DNA of 63,628 bases, the filler included, from Octopus bimaculoides (taxonomy: Eukaryota): the NCBI RefSeq assembly GCF_001194135.2. It is 4 parts of 4 records of this genome, joined end to end, with 100 filler letters (N's around TTAATTAATTAA, not from the genome) between each part and the next. Parts side by side here need not be neighbours in the genome. Positions count along the whole stretch, not along the records: positions 45,522 to 63,628 come from NC_069006.1; 3 more parts are not named here. The stretch is one strand, 5' to 3'. The translations under genes were made by a program, and so were the position numbers. How positions within the stretch are numbered: position 1 is the first letter of the stretch; every line of letters begins with the position of its first letter. The notes under the pieces were generated by a model, which ran no database searches, was not told the DNA's origin, and saw nothing but the letters and a program-made list of their open reading frames with translations. Of this stretch, positions 52,122-63,628 are shown piece by piece.

Positions 52122-52157
<36 letters not shown>

Positions 52158-53575
52158 NNNNNNNNNNNNNNNNNNNNNNNNNNNNNNNNNNNNNNNNNNN
52201 NNNNNNNNNNNNNNNNNNNNNNNNNNNNNNNNNNNNNNNNNNNNNNNNNNNNNNNNNNNNNNNNNNNNNNNNNNNNNNNNNNNNNNNNNNNNNNNNNNNN
52301 NNNNNNNNNNNNNNNNNNNNNNNNNNNNNNNNNNNNNNNNNNNNNNNNNNNNNNNNNNNNNNNNNNNNNNNNNNNNNNNNNNNNNNNNNNNNNNNNNNNN
52401 NNNNNNNNNNNNNNNNNNNNNNNNNNNNNNNNNNNNNNNNNNNNNNNNNNNNNNNNNNNNNNNNNNNNNNNNNNNNNNNNNNNNNNNNNNNNNNNNNNNN
52501 NNNNNNNNNNNNNNNNNNNNNNNNNNNNNNNNNNNNNNNNNNNNNNNNNNNNNNNNNNNNNNNNNNNNNNNNNNNNNNNNNNNNNNNNNNNNNNNNNNNN
52601 NNNNNNNNNNNNNNNNNNNNNNNNNNNNNNNNNNNNNNNNNNNNNNNNNNNNNNNNNNNNNNNNNNNNNNNNNNNNNNNNNNNNNNNNNNNNNNNNNNNN
52701 NNNNNNNNNNNNNNNNNNNNNNNNNNNNNNNNNNNNNNNNNNNNNNNNNNNNNNNNNNNNNNNNNNNNNNNNNNNNNNNNNNNNNNNNNNNNNNNNNNNN
52801 NNNNNNNNNNNNNNNNNNNNNNNNNNNNNNNNNNNNNNNNNNNNNNNNNNNNNNNNNNNNNNNNNNNNNNNNNNNNNNNNNNNNNNNNNNNNNNNNNNNN
52901 NNNNNNNNNNNNNNNNNNNNNNNNNNNNNNNNNNNNNNNNNNNNNNNNNNNNNNNNNNNNNNNNNNNNNNNNNNNNNNNNNNTATATGTGTGTGTGTTTG
53001 TAAGTATGTTCAGAATGTTTAGAAGATACCGGGATCAGGTGATAAATTAGTCTTCTAAACTAAGAAAAAATACAATAATATTTGTGGAGAGAAATAAAAC
53101 TACAAATATAAAAATGAATACATGCAAGATACACAAGTTAAGTACGTTAAGCCCCTTTTCTTCTCTCACAATGAAAAAAAAAATTAAACTCGGTACAAAG
53201 GTATGCAATTTAATGCTATTGCTGAGTGAGTATGTGTTTGTGTATATTCTTTATTGAATGAATCAACTGGCACCACAAAAAAAAATATATATAGAGGAGG
53301 ACGTTCAAAAACATTACTCACACACACACGCACATATACATTTCTCCATACACACACATATACATTCACTCACTTATTCGTGTATATATATATATACCCA
53401 CATGCATACAAATATGCACACATACACAGGTGCACACACTCACGAAAAAACTTACATACACTGACATATAGTTACATAGAGTGACTCTGATATAAAGCAT
53501 TTGCGGACATATACAACATATTAAACGCATTCAGAATACGCATAAATTCACTCTTTCACATACATACACATGACA

Positions 53576-53634
<59 letters not shown>

Positions 53635-53814
53635 ATTTGCAAGCATGTGCATACATACGTATGTGCACAGACACACACACATATACATACACATATATGT
53701 ATGAATATATTTATATACATGTAACTATCGATGCCTCTCATATAGACATATCGGGTTGTATGAGCACGCGTATGTGTGTGTGTGCGTATATGAGCCTCTC
53801 TCTGTGTGTGTGTG

Positions 53815-53847
<33 letters not shown>

Positions 53848-55209
53848 ATGAGAGATCTTATTCCTAATGTATGTATTGATGTGTAATGATGTTTTCCGGA
53901 TCTAATTATAATCATAAACGTGTTAATTGAATAGAGAGCAAAGGGGAAAAATTAGTGCAGAATACAAAGATGCACGCGCTCATTCACATACATACCAATG
54001 CATATATATACATTTATATATACATACACACACACCATCACACGCACACACACACATACACACACACACACACATACACACACAAATGTATATATGTATA
54101 TATGTCTGTATTTGTGTGTTTGTGTATATATACATATATATGTACATATATGGAATTGGACATATCTATGTACAAGATACATAGATGATATATAATGTAT
54201 GTGTAATATATTATATAATATATATATATATGTATATATATGGGATGGGTGAATTGTGTAGATCGCAGGTGTGTTTAAACATTTTATTCAGCGATCAACT
54301 CGAAAAATTTATTTAAGAAATAAATGTATTCTATTGAGAACAGAAAAAAATATAGATTTTTGTTGATTGCATACACTCACATGCGCATATACATACACGC
54401 ATATATATATNNNNNNNNNNNNNNNNNNNNNNNNNNNNNNNNNNNNNNNNNNNNNNNNNNNNNNNNNNNNNNNNNNNNNNNNNNNNNNNNNNNNNNNNNN
54501 NNNNNNNNNNNNNNNNNNNNNNNNNNNNNNNNNNNNNNNNNNNNNNNNNNNNNNNNNNNNNNNNNNNNNNNNNNNNNNNNNNNNNNNNNNNNNNNNNNNN
54601 NNNNNNNNNNNNNNNNNNNNNNNNNNNNNNNNNNNNNNNNNNNNNNNNNNNNNNNNNNNNNNNNNNNNNNNNNNNNNNNNNNNNNNNNNNNNNNNNNNNN
54701 NNNNNNNNNNNNNNNNNNNNNNNNNNNNNNNNNNNNNNNNNNNNNNNNNNNNNNNNNNNNNNNNNNNNNNNNNNNNNNNNNNNNNNNNNNNNNNNNNNNN
54801 NNNNNNNNNNNNNNNNNNNNNNNNNNNNNNNNNNNNNNNNNNNNNNNNNNNNNNNNNNNNNNNNNNNNNNNNNNNNNNNNNNNNNNNNNNNNNNNNNNNN
54901 NNNNNNNNNNNNNNNNNNNNNNNNNNNNNNNNNNNNNNNNNNNNNNNNNNNNNNNNNNNNNNNNNNNNNNNNNNNNNNNNNNNNNNNNNNNNNNNNNNNN
55001 NNNNNNNNNNNNNNNNNNNNNNNNNNNNNNNNNNNNNNNNNNNNNNNNNNNNNNNNNNNNNNNNNNNNNNNNNNNNNNNNNNNNNNNNNNNNNNNNNNNN
55101 NNNNNNNNNNNNNNNNNNNNNNNNNNNNNNNNNNNNNNNNNNNTATATATATATATATATATCCTCGGTACAAAAGTATGAAGTTTAATACTATTGCTGA
55201 GTGAGTGGG

Positions 55210-55372
55210 TAGTCGATCGCATCAACCTTAGTGCTTCACTGGTACGTAATTTATCGACCCCGAATAGATGAAAGGTAAAGTCGAACTCGGCAGAATTTGA
55301 ACTCAGCGTAAAAACGGACGAAACGCCGCTAAGCATTCTGCCCGGTGTGCTAACGATTCTGCCTGTTCACCG
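55210..55372 (-). mobile_element. SINE family A
   Basis: ttatcgaccccgaatagatgaaaggtaaagtcgaactcggcagaatttgaactc. Confidence 0.85.
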
Positions 55373-55960
55373 ATTAATAACAATGCTCTGTAATGTGGGC
55401 ACAAAAATAACGATGAAGATCACAAGGTTAACAAGAAGTGCAAAGTAGAATGACAAACGTACGTATCAAGCGAAGATACGTTTGGTTTATTAAATAAAAT
55501 ATTTATCGTCTACAATGTACAAAATCACGTAAGCAATGACACATATCTGTGTTATATTTAAATATTTATGGAAAAGTGTTTAAATATTCAAATATAAGAA
55601 AAGATGTAAAACATGAATTTTCAGACGATTTTGCAGTTAACAAAACATTTGCTGTTTTATCAAAATGTCGTCGTATGAACGATGAAAGAAAGTTGTTATT
55701 GTTCAGTCATAGATCAGCCTGAAGCGCTCCAATGTGGCCATCCCATTGTCGTATTTTGTTGTGTTTTTTTAAAATTTTATTTTGTTCAGTAGGAGTGGCT
55801 GTGTGGTAAGTAGCTCGCTTACCAACCACATGGTTCCGGGTTCAGTCCCACTGCGTGGCATCTTGGGCAAGTGTCTTCTACTATAGCCTTGGGCCGACCA
55901 AAGCCTTGTGAGTGGATTTGGTAGATAGAAACTGAAAGCCTGTCGTATATATATATATAT

Positions 55961-56145
55961 GGGAGAATATACAAAAAATAACAACAGACGAGGACAGGTG
56001 GTGTAAATAACAAAAGTATATATTAGTATGACGCTCGGGAATACGGAAAGTCTTTGACGTTTCGAGCTACGCTCTTCAACAGAAAGAATACGGAGACAAG
56101 GAGAAAAACACGGAGAAAAAAAATTGAATAGTGTTCAGTCAACGG
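55961..56145 (-). mobile_element. 185-bp non-coding mini-element in (TA)n carrying a hammerhead fold
   Basis: (TA)n on both sides; second copy at 51438. Confidence 0.75.
56051..56087 (-). ncRNA. Minimal type-I hammerhead ribozyme-like motif (A6-to-U variant)
   Basis: UCUUU CUGUUGA A GAGC-GUA-GCUC GAAA CGU C AAAGA: 5-bp stem I, 4-bp stem II, palindromic ACGU stem III, GUC site. Confidence 0.6.
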
Positions 56146-57691
56146 TATATATTTATATGTATGTATATATATATATGTATGTGTTTGTGTGTCTGTGTTT
56201 GTCCCCCAGCATCGCTTGACAACTGATGCTGGTGTGTTTACGTTCCCGTAAAGTTTATTGGTTGAAGTCGGAAGTCTTGTCCTTGGTTACACATTGATGG
56301 CTGGGAGATGGGAGACTTGTACGCTTGGAAAACTGCCAGTTGTCCTCACGAAATAATACCCAGGCCTGCAAGTACATGTGTCAACCTTGCTCGACAAAGG
56401 CCCGCATTTTGCAGATGATATTTGTAAAACCGTTAGATATTGATAAGTTCTACATTAGGTTCTTCAAGCGGACCTGTGGTCAAAATTATTCCGGGTGTGA
56501 CCATTTCTACTGTTTCCTCACTGTAGAAAATACAGGAGCACGATATCTTTCAAAATTGGAATTTGAAGCAGGTTTGGTTGCTATTTATTGGACCGTCGAT
56601 TTTCTTTGTTACTAGCAGGTCTAGAGAATATGTAATGGCTCCCTCATTAGCTGAGCATTCACGATGTTGTGGTAATTTCAGCCCATGTCAACTCGTTCAA
56701 ATGAATGTATGATGAAAAACATTGCAGAATTGACAATCTAATCGTCTTTACACATAATATATCTATTGTTAATTTATCAAATGCGCCATTAGAGCATCGC
56801 ATGGACTGCCTTACGGCATTCATCTCGGCTCTGAGAGTTGTGAGTTCAAACAAAACTGAGAACGACTGTGTGTTTCGCTGTATAGGGATAGTTAAATGCA
56901 GTACCAGTTCTGCAATGGTATCGATTTCTCTCTTTTTCTGTTTCATTCTTTCCCTTTTTCTGAATAATAAAAATGAAAATCGACTGAGCTCAGAGCTGGA
57001 AAGACATGCACAACAAGGCTACATATTTCTATGTAAGTATCCATTTTTTTAACGCCATGGATTGATTTCTGCGTGTACTACAACTGCTACGACAACTACT
57101 ACCACTACTACTGCTGCTGCTACTGTCGCCGCTGCTTCACTTGCTATCACCATCACCACCGCTACTACTACTACTACTACTACTACTACTGCTACTGCTA
57201 CTGCTGCTGCTGCTGCTGTTGGTTATTTCTTTAAGTGGTTGTCATGGATGACAGCTTCTTAAGCAATCAGAAATTGCAACGTTCAGAAGCCATTCAATTA
57301 ATACAAAAATGTGTGTTGGTGTTGGTGGTGGTGGTGAGCAAGGAGTGTGAAGGGGAGTGGGGGCTGCCATAACGTCTGTTTGTCACTGACTCTCTCTCTC
57401 CCCCAATTTCCCGCCCTTCCCCCTTCCCCTCCACGGCTGTCAGACTGTCATTCACTTTCTGTCTGTCTGTTGGTATTTATGTCCATCACTGATCGTCTGT
57501 TTGCCTGACTGTCGGTCTGTTTGCCTGACTGTCGGTCTGTTNNNNNNNNNNNNNNNNNNNNNNNNNNNNNNNNNNNNNNNNNNNNNNNNNNNNNNNNNNN
57601 NNNNNNNNNNNNNNNNNNNNNNNNNNNNNNNNNNNNNNNNNNNNNNNNNNNNNNNNNNNNNNNNNNNNNNNNNNNNNNNNNNNNNNNNNNN

Positions 57692-57741
<50 letters not shown>

Positions 57742-57801
57742 ACTCATGCGCATACATGTGTCTGTGTTATGCATGAGTGTGTGTGTATGTGTGAGAGATT
57801 G

Positions 57802-57854
<53 letters not shown>

Positions 57855-57958
57855 TTTTCCCCCAAAAGAAAAGCTCTACATTGTATTTTGTCCACTTTCT
57901 GTATTTAGCCCTGCGTGGCCATAATAAAAAGATATATATCCATCCATCTATCTGTCTG

Positions 57959-57996
<38 letters not shown>

Positions 57997-58610
57997 AATC
58001 TATCTATCTATCTATTTATCCATCCATCCATCCATCCCTCTATCAATCTGTCTGTCTAAGTGTGTCTCTGTGCATTTCGTTATGAAACCATAATATTCTA
58101 TAAAGTATATTAAACATTTATATAAGTCAATTCCGTGTTCTACCATGTTAGCAGTGCTCTTACATCACTTGTTATAGTTATTTCTGTAGAAATTATAGCT
58201 AGCACTGATATGTGTTACGATGTTTCGTTTCAGAGGGGCCAGATTTAAACAAACAATGAAATCTGTTTAACTTGATGGGGTGACAGCGCTCATTACTAAT
58301 GTGCACAAGTACACACTTATTACCAGTTCAAATGTGTTTGAGGCATGTTCGAAACCGTATGAGAGGCCTTGACTGCGTTTTGCCATGGCGAAATTATTTT
58401 GCTATCGACAAATGGGTGTATATACACGAAATCAACAGTTTGCGTCACCTAACCACACTATGGGATACATGCATTTCGGAGTTGTTATCTCCTCCTCAGT
58501 CTCAGAATTATAGGAATTATATTCGTGCATTTTTTTCTGCTCTCTCTCTATTTTTTTTCTATCAATTTTTCGCATTTCTTGTGTTCTGTCTGTCTGTCTA
58601 TCTATCTACT

Positions 58611-58650
<40 letters not shown>

Positions 58651-58944
58651 TCAAATACTTTTCATCCCATTCTTCTTTCTGTTTCTTTCCCTCTTTCACG
58701 CTACTCATTCTGCCCCTTTCTCTCTCTCTGTCTCTACTCTTATCATTCTCTCTTTATGCCATGCCCTCTCTATTCCTATAATTCTCTTTGCTATCTCTCT
58801 CTCTCTCTTTTTATCTCATTCCTCTCTCTCTCACTTTCCCTCCTTTCCGCCACTCTCTCATTTCTCTCCCTCTCCCTCTCTCTCTCTGTACCCATTCGAA
58901 TCATTCTCTCTCTCTTTTCTCTCCTCCCTCTGTACCCATTCTGA

Positions 58945-59290
58945 TTATTCTCTCTCACTTCTCTCTCTCTCACTTCTCTCTCTCTCACTTCTCTCTCTCT
59001 CACTTCTCTCTCTCTCACTTCTCTCTCTCTCTCACTTCTCTCTCTCTCACTTCTCTCTCTCTCTCTCNNNNNNNNNNNNNNNNNNNNNNNNNNNNNNNNN
59101 NNNNNNNNNNNNNNNNNNNNNNNNNNNNNNNNNNNNNNNNNNNNNNNNNNNNNNNNNNNNNNNNNNNNNNNNNNNNNNNNNNNNNNNNNNNNNNNNNNNN
59201 NNNNNNNNNNNNNNNNNNNNNNNNNNNNNNNNNNNNNNNNNNNNNNNNNNNTCTCTCTCACTTCTCTCTCTCTCACTTCTCTCTCTCTCT
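58945..59290. repeat. Minisatellite, about 15-nt unit ctctctctctcactt
   Basis: Tandem units on both sides of a gap. Confidence 0.8.
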
Positions 59291-59754
59291 CTATTTTTAT
59301 CATTCTCTTTTTCTCTTGCTGTCTGTTTCTCCCTTTCTCTACCTATTCTTATCATTCTCAATGCTCTATCTGTTCTCTCCCACCTTCTATCTCTCTTTCT
59401 TTCAATCGTCTTCATTCCCTCCGTTCTCTTTCCCTCTCTCTAACCCCAAATCCTCTTAATATTGTTCCTCTTCCTCCTACCTTTACTCCTTCACTCTAGC
59501 CTTCCTTTCTCCCTCATTCCCCCATTTCTTATTCTAGTACATCTCTCTTTTTATCATCTTCTTACTCTCATTCTTTATCATTTCTTTCTTTCATCTACTC
59601 TCTCACTCCTCCTCCATGCTCAAGCCTCTCACTTTCCCTCAGACGTCCTCAACCTGCTGCTCATTCACTCATCCATCTCTCCTCTTTATCTAATATCATA
59701 AAACTCCATCTTCGTAATCCCATCATCATTGCTCTGGCCTCTTCTTCTCTTCCA

Positions 59755-60775
59755 CATTCTTCTTCTTCTTCTTCTTCTTCTTCTTCTTCTTCTTCTTCTT
59801 CTTCTTCTTCTTCTTCTTCTTCTTCTTCTTCTTCGTGTTTTTCTTGTTCTTCTTCTTCTTCTTCTTCTTCTTCTTCTTCTTCTTCTTTTTTTTCTTCTTG
59901 TTCTTGTTCTTGTTCTTGTTCTTGTTCTTGTTCTTCTTGTTCTTCTTGTTCTTCTTCTTCTTCTTCTTCTTCTTCTTCTTCTTCTTCTTGTTCNNNNNNN
60001 NNNNNNNNNNNNNNNNNNNNNNNNNNNNNNNNNNNNNNNNNNNNNNNNNNNNNNNNNNNNNNNNNNNNNNNNNNNNNNNNNNNNNNNNNNNNNNNNNNNN
60101 NNNNNNNNNNNNNNNNNNNNNNNNNNNNNNNNNNNNNNNNNNNNNNNNNNNNNNNNNNNNNNNNNNNNNNNNNNNNNNNNNNNNNNNNNNNNNNNNNNNN
60201 NNNNNNNNNNNNNNNNNNNNNNNNNNNNNNNNNNNNNNNNNNNNNNNNNNNNNNNNNNNNNNNNNNNNNNNNNNNNNNNNNNNNNNNNNNNNNNNNNNNN
60301 NNNNNNNNNNNNNNNNNNNNNNNNNNNNNNNNNNNNNNNNNNNNNNNNNNNNNNNNNNNNNNNNNNNNNNNNNNNNNNNNNNNNNNNNNNNNNNNNNNNN
60401 NNNNNNNNNNNNNNNNNNNNNNNNNNNNNNNNNNNNNNNNNNNNNNNNNNNNNNNNNNNNNNNNNNNNNNNNNNNNNNNNNNNNNNNNNNNNNNNNNNNN
60501 NNNNNNNNNNNNNNNNNNNNNNNNNNNNNNNNNNNNNNNNNNNNNNNNNNNNNNNNNNNNNNNNNTTCTTCTTCTTCTTCTTCTTCTTCTTCTTCTTCTT
60601 CTTCGTGTTCTCGTTGTTGTTGTTGTTCTTGTTGTTCTTGTTCTTCTTGTTCTTCTTGTTCTTCTTGTTCTTGTTCTTGTTCTTCTTCTTCTTTTTCTTC
60701 TTCTTCTTTTTTTTCTTCTTCTTCTTCTTCTTCTTCTTCTTCTTCTCTTCCTCCTCCTCCTCCTCCTCCTCCTTC
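59755..60775. repeat. (TTC)n/(TTG)n microsatellite with internal gap
   Basis: Direct reading. Confidence 0.9.
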
Positions 60776-61415
60776 TTAACCATAACCAAAGTGACCACCA
60801 CCACCACCTAAACCACCACAACCACCATCGCTGTCACCGCTACCGCCCCCTACCACTACTGTCACCACCACCACAATTGTCACTATCGGACTGCTTCCAT
60901 TGCCGCAGCAAACCCTAGAAGAGCCGCAAGTACTACAGCAGCAACATTAGCAGATCTGTTACAACCACCGCAAGGCACCGCAACCCTTTATAACAGTTAT
61001 AACCACTATCACAACTAGCACCCAAACACAAATCAACAAGGGATCCACCAGCACAACATCCACTGTTACAGCCGCCATTTATTTTCCCGCGTTTCGAAAT
61101 CTCTAATTCAAGCGGAATATTGACGCCCACTCCCAACCCCTCCATCGCCGATTAATCAATGAATCAATCCAGCCGTACACACACACACACACACACACAC
61201 TTTCTCACACATACATATTCACACACACACAGACACACACACACACAAACACACACACACGCACACACTCTTTCTCACACATACATATTCAGACACACAT
61301 ACACACACNNNNNNNNNNNNNNNNNNNNNNNNNNNNNNNNNNNNNNNNNNNNNNNNNNNNNNNNNNNNNNNNNNNNNNNNNNNNNNNNNNNNNNNNNNNN
61401 NNNNNNNNNNNNNNN

Positions 61416-61416
<1 letters not shown>

Positions 61417-61461
<45 letters not shown>

Positions 61462-61526
61462 AGCTGCTGGTGCTGCTTCTACTACTACTACTACTACTGC
61501 TGCTGCTGCTACTACTACTACTACTA

Positions 61527-61571
<45 letters not shown>

Positions 61572-61916
61572 AGTCCCTCTTCGACAACCTCTACTATCTC
61601 AATCAATTCTATCGTCACCACTATTAGCACTACTGCCTATACCATCCTCACCATCACCATCACCACAATCCCTCTCCATCACAAAAACATTTCCTATCAG
61701 CAGAGCCCAGTACCACTCCCACTAGAACCTCTACAAGCGCCAACACTAACCACAGCCGGCACCACTGCCACCGCCACTACTACGATTACTGTCGCCGCCG
61801 CCGCATCACCACCACAACCACCACCACCACTACCATCACCATTATCATCACCACAACTATCGTCACCACTACCACCACCACCTCTCTCTCCCTTTCCCTC
61901 CCCTCTCTCTCCCTCT

Positions 61917-61951
<35 letters not shown>

Positions 61952-62058
61952 GACTCCATCCATCCATCCAGCAGTGTGACATGACATCTTCAAGTCGTTC
62001 ATGTCGATGTCACACTGACATCTGGCTTTGATCTTTCATTCCTTTGCTGTCTTTGTTA

Positions 62059-62122
<64 letters not shown>

Positions 62123-62857
62123 CATCATTATTATGTGATTGATTGATTCCTTAACTTCTTTCTTCCCAGTTTTCTTATTTTCACTCATTCTTTCTTCCTT
62201 CCGTTTTCCTTTCTCCGTTTCTTTAATTCTCTTTTTCCGTTTTTTTTTCTTTCGTGTCTTTCGTTCTTTCATTTCATTTTACATTTAGTTTCTTTTCTTC
62301 TGTATATTTCATTCATTCATTCATTCATTCATCCATTCTTTCTTTCGTTCTTTCATTCTTCTTTTCCTTGTTTCCTTCCTTCCTTCTTTCTTTTTTTCAT
62401 TCTTTCTTTCGTTCTTTCATTTTCCCTTTCTTTCTTTCTGTCTGTCTTTCTTTCTTTCTTTCTTTATTTCTTTCTTTCTTTATTTCTTTCTTTCTTTCTT
62501 TCCTTCTGTGTCACTTTCATTTTTCTTTCCTCTCTTTCTTTCACTGCTCCTTTTACCATTTTACTTTCTTTCTTTCCTTCCTTCTTTCCTTCTTTCTTTC
62601 TTACTTTCTTTTCCCCTGCTCCCTTTCTTTCGTCTTTTCTGTCTGCCTTTTACTTCCTTTCGTTCTTTCTTTCTTTTTCCCTCTTACTCTTTTCTTTCGT
62701 TCTTTGTTTCATTTACTGTTTTTTTTCTTCTTCGGTTTCTTTATATATTTCAATTTACTGCTTCTGTTTCGTTTCTTTCCTTATCTCGCTGCTGCATTGT
62801 CTTTCCTTCTTTCTTTCTCTCCTCCTCTTTCTTTCTTCCTTTTACTCTCTGTACCAA

Positions 62858-62902
<45 letters not shown>

Positions 62903-62940
62903 CTCTCGGTCTTTCGTCCAGATTAATTACGTGATAGAAG
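61417..62940. repeat. (CTA)n, (ACC)n, (ATT)n, (TTTC)n and (CT)n simple-repeat block
   Basis: Direct reading. Confidence 0.85.
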
Positions 62941-63628
62941 AACTCATAAGGCAGAAACATTGGGAGAACAGAAGGAATACAAAAATCTCGAGAGAGAGAG
63001 ACAGACAGACAGAAAGAGAGAAATCGAGAGAAAGAGAGAGGAGAAGAGGGAGAGAGAGAAGGGGCAGGAGAGTGACAAAGAGACAGAGAGAAAGGAAGAG
63101 AGACAGGGGGAGTGAGAGACAGAGAGAGACACAAAGAGCGAAGGAAAGAGAAAATGGGACAGAAAAGTTCTTTAGAAGTTTGAAAGCGTTGATTACGACT
63201 CTGTGGGTGTATGTGTATGTATATGACAGTGCTAATGAGTCTATGCATATGCATGTGTGTGTGTGTGTGTGTGTGTGTGTCGAATGGTGGCGCGGCTGTC
63301 GGCGGGGACAGTAATAAATTTGATTCATTTCAAGGTAATTTTTACGCCAAGAGGTGACGAGTTCAAAATCAAGTGATCAGACTTGTAAAATTAAGTTTTG
63401 ACGGCTTTTGATGGTTCATATAATAAAATGTGTATGTATGTGTATGCTAGTGTATGTGTATGTATGTATGTATGTATGTATGTATGTGTGTGTGTGAGAG
63501 TATGTGTGCAATTGCGTGTTGTCATCTCTCGAACTGAATGTGTGTTGGCGGTTATGTGTGTTAGTGTGTATGTGTATGTGCGTGGCAGTAAGATGGCGTT
63601 TGAGGATGTGTACAGCTATATATATATA

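Larger units (their letters stand above)
55791..56251 (+). mobile_element. SINE family B interrupted at its (TA)n core by a 185-bp insertion
   Basis: Head 55791-55945; body resumes at about 56160. Confidence 0.85.

Noticed and set aside
53187-55210. About 45-bp direct repeat (53187 and 55162)
   Set aside because: Two diverged copies 2 kb apart; not an array, no spacers or cas genes, so not CRISPR
56989-57038. Possible short exon ending TAT|gtaagt
   Set aside because: Good donor but no clean acceptor, partner exon or recognisable peptide
59661-60821. Long poly-E/R/K ORFs and all X-containing or IY/CV/HT/RE ORFs
   Set aside because: Microsatellites and N-runs read as ORFs

Overview
Repeat-saturated, microsatellite-rich animal genomic DNA. 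The SINE, mariner, Tc1, RTE and Penelope repertoire looks like an octopus draft assembly (inference, no taxon marker seen). About 9 kb is N. Three identical 100-bp spacers (44 N + TTAATTAATTAA + 44 N) show four joined scaffolds: 1-19566, 19667-33622, 33723-45421 and 45522-63628. The one well-supported host gene is absent from the ORF track because its exons are short: seven minus-strand, phase-compatible exons (18830 down to 62) encoding the C-terminal Sel1-repeat/TM part of a SEL1L3-like protein. Weaker exon candidates lie at 30.1 kb (+) and 40.2-44.2 kb (-). Most other sequence is tRNA-derived SINEs, mariner/Tc1 relics, RTE and Dong/R4-like LINE ends, MITE-like palindromes and simple repeats. 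Most interesting: (1) a 185-bp non-coding element inserted in (TA)n that carries a minimal, dimer-type hammerhead ribozyme fold, plus several related relics, alongside a Penelope-like retroelement, suggesting a retrozyme-like family; (2) that Penelope element's RT and GIY-YIG halves rejoin if scaffold 2 is flipped, suggesting mis-orientation; (3) a single (AAT)n tract that has received four insertions. No CRISPR, rRNA or intact tRNA gene was found. All family and gene assignments are from recalled motifs, not database searches.
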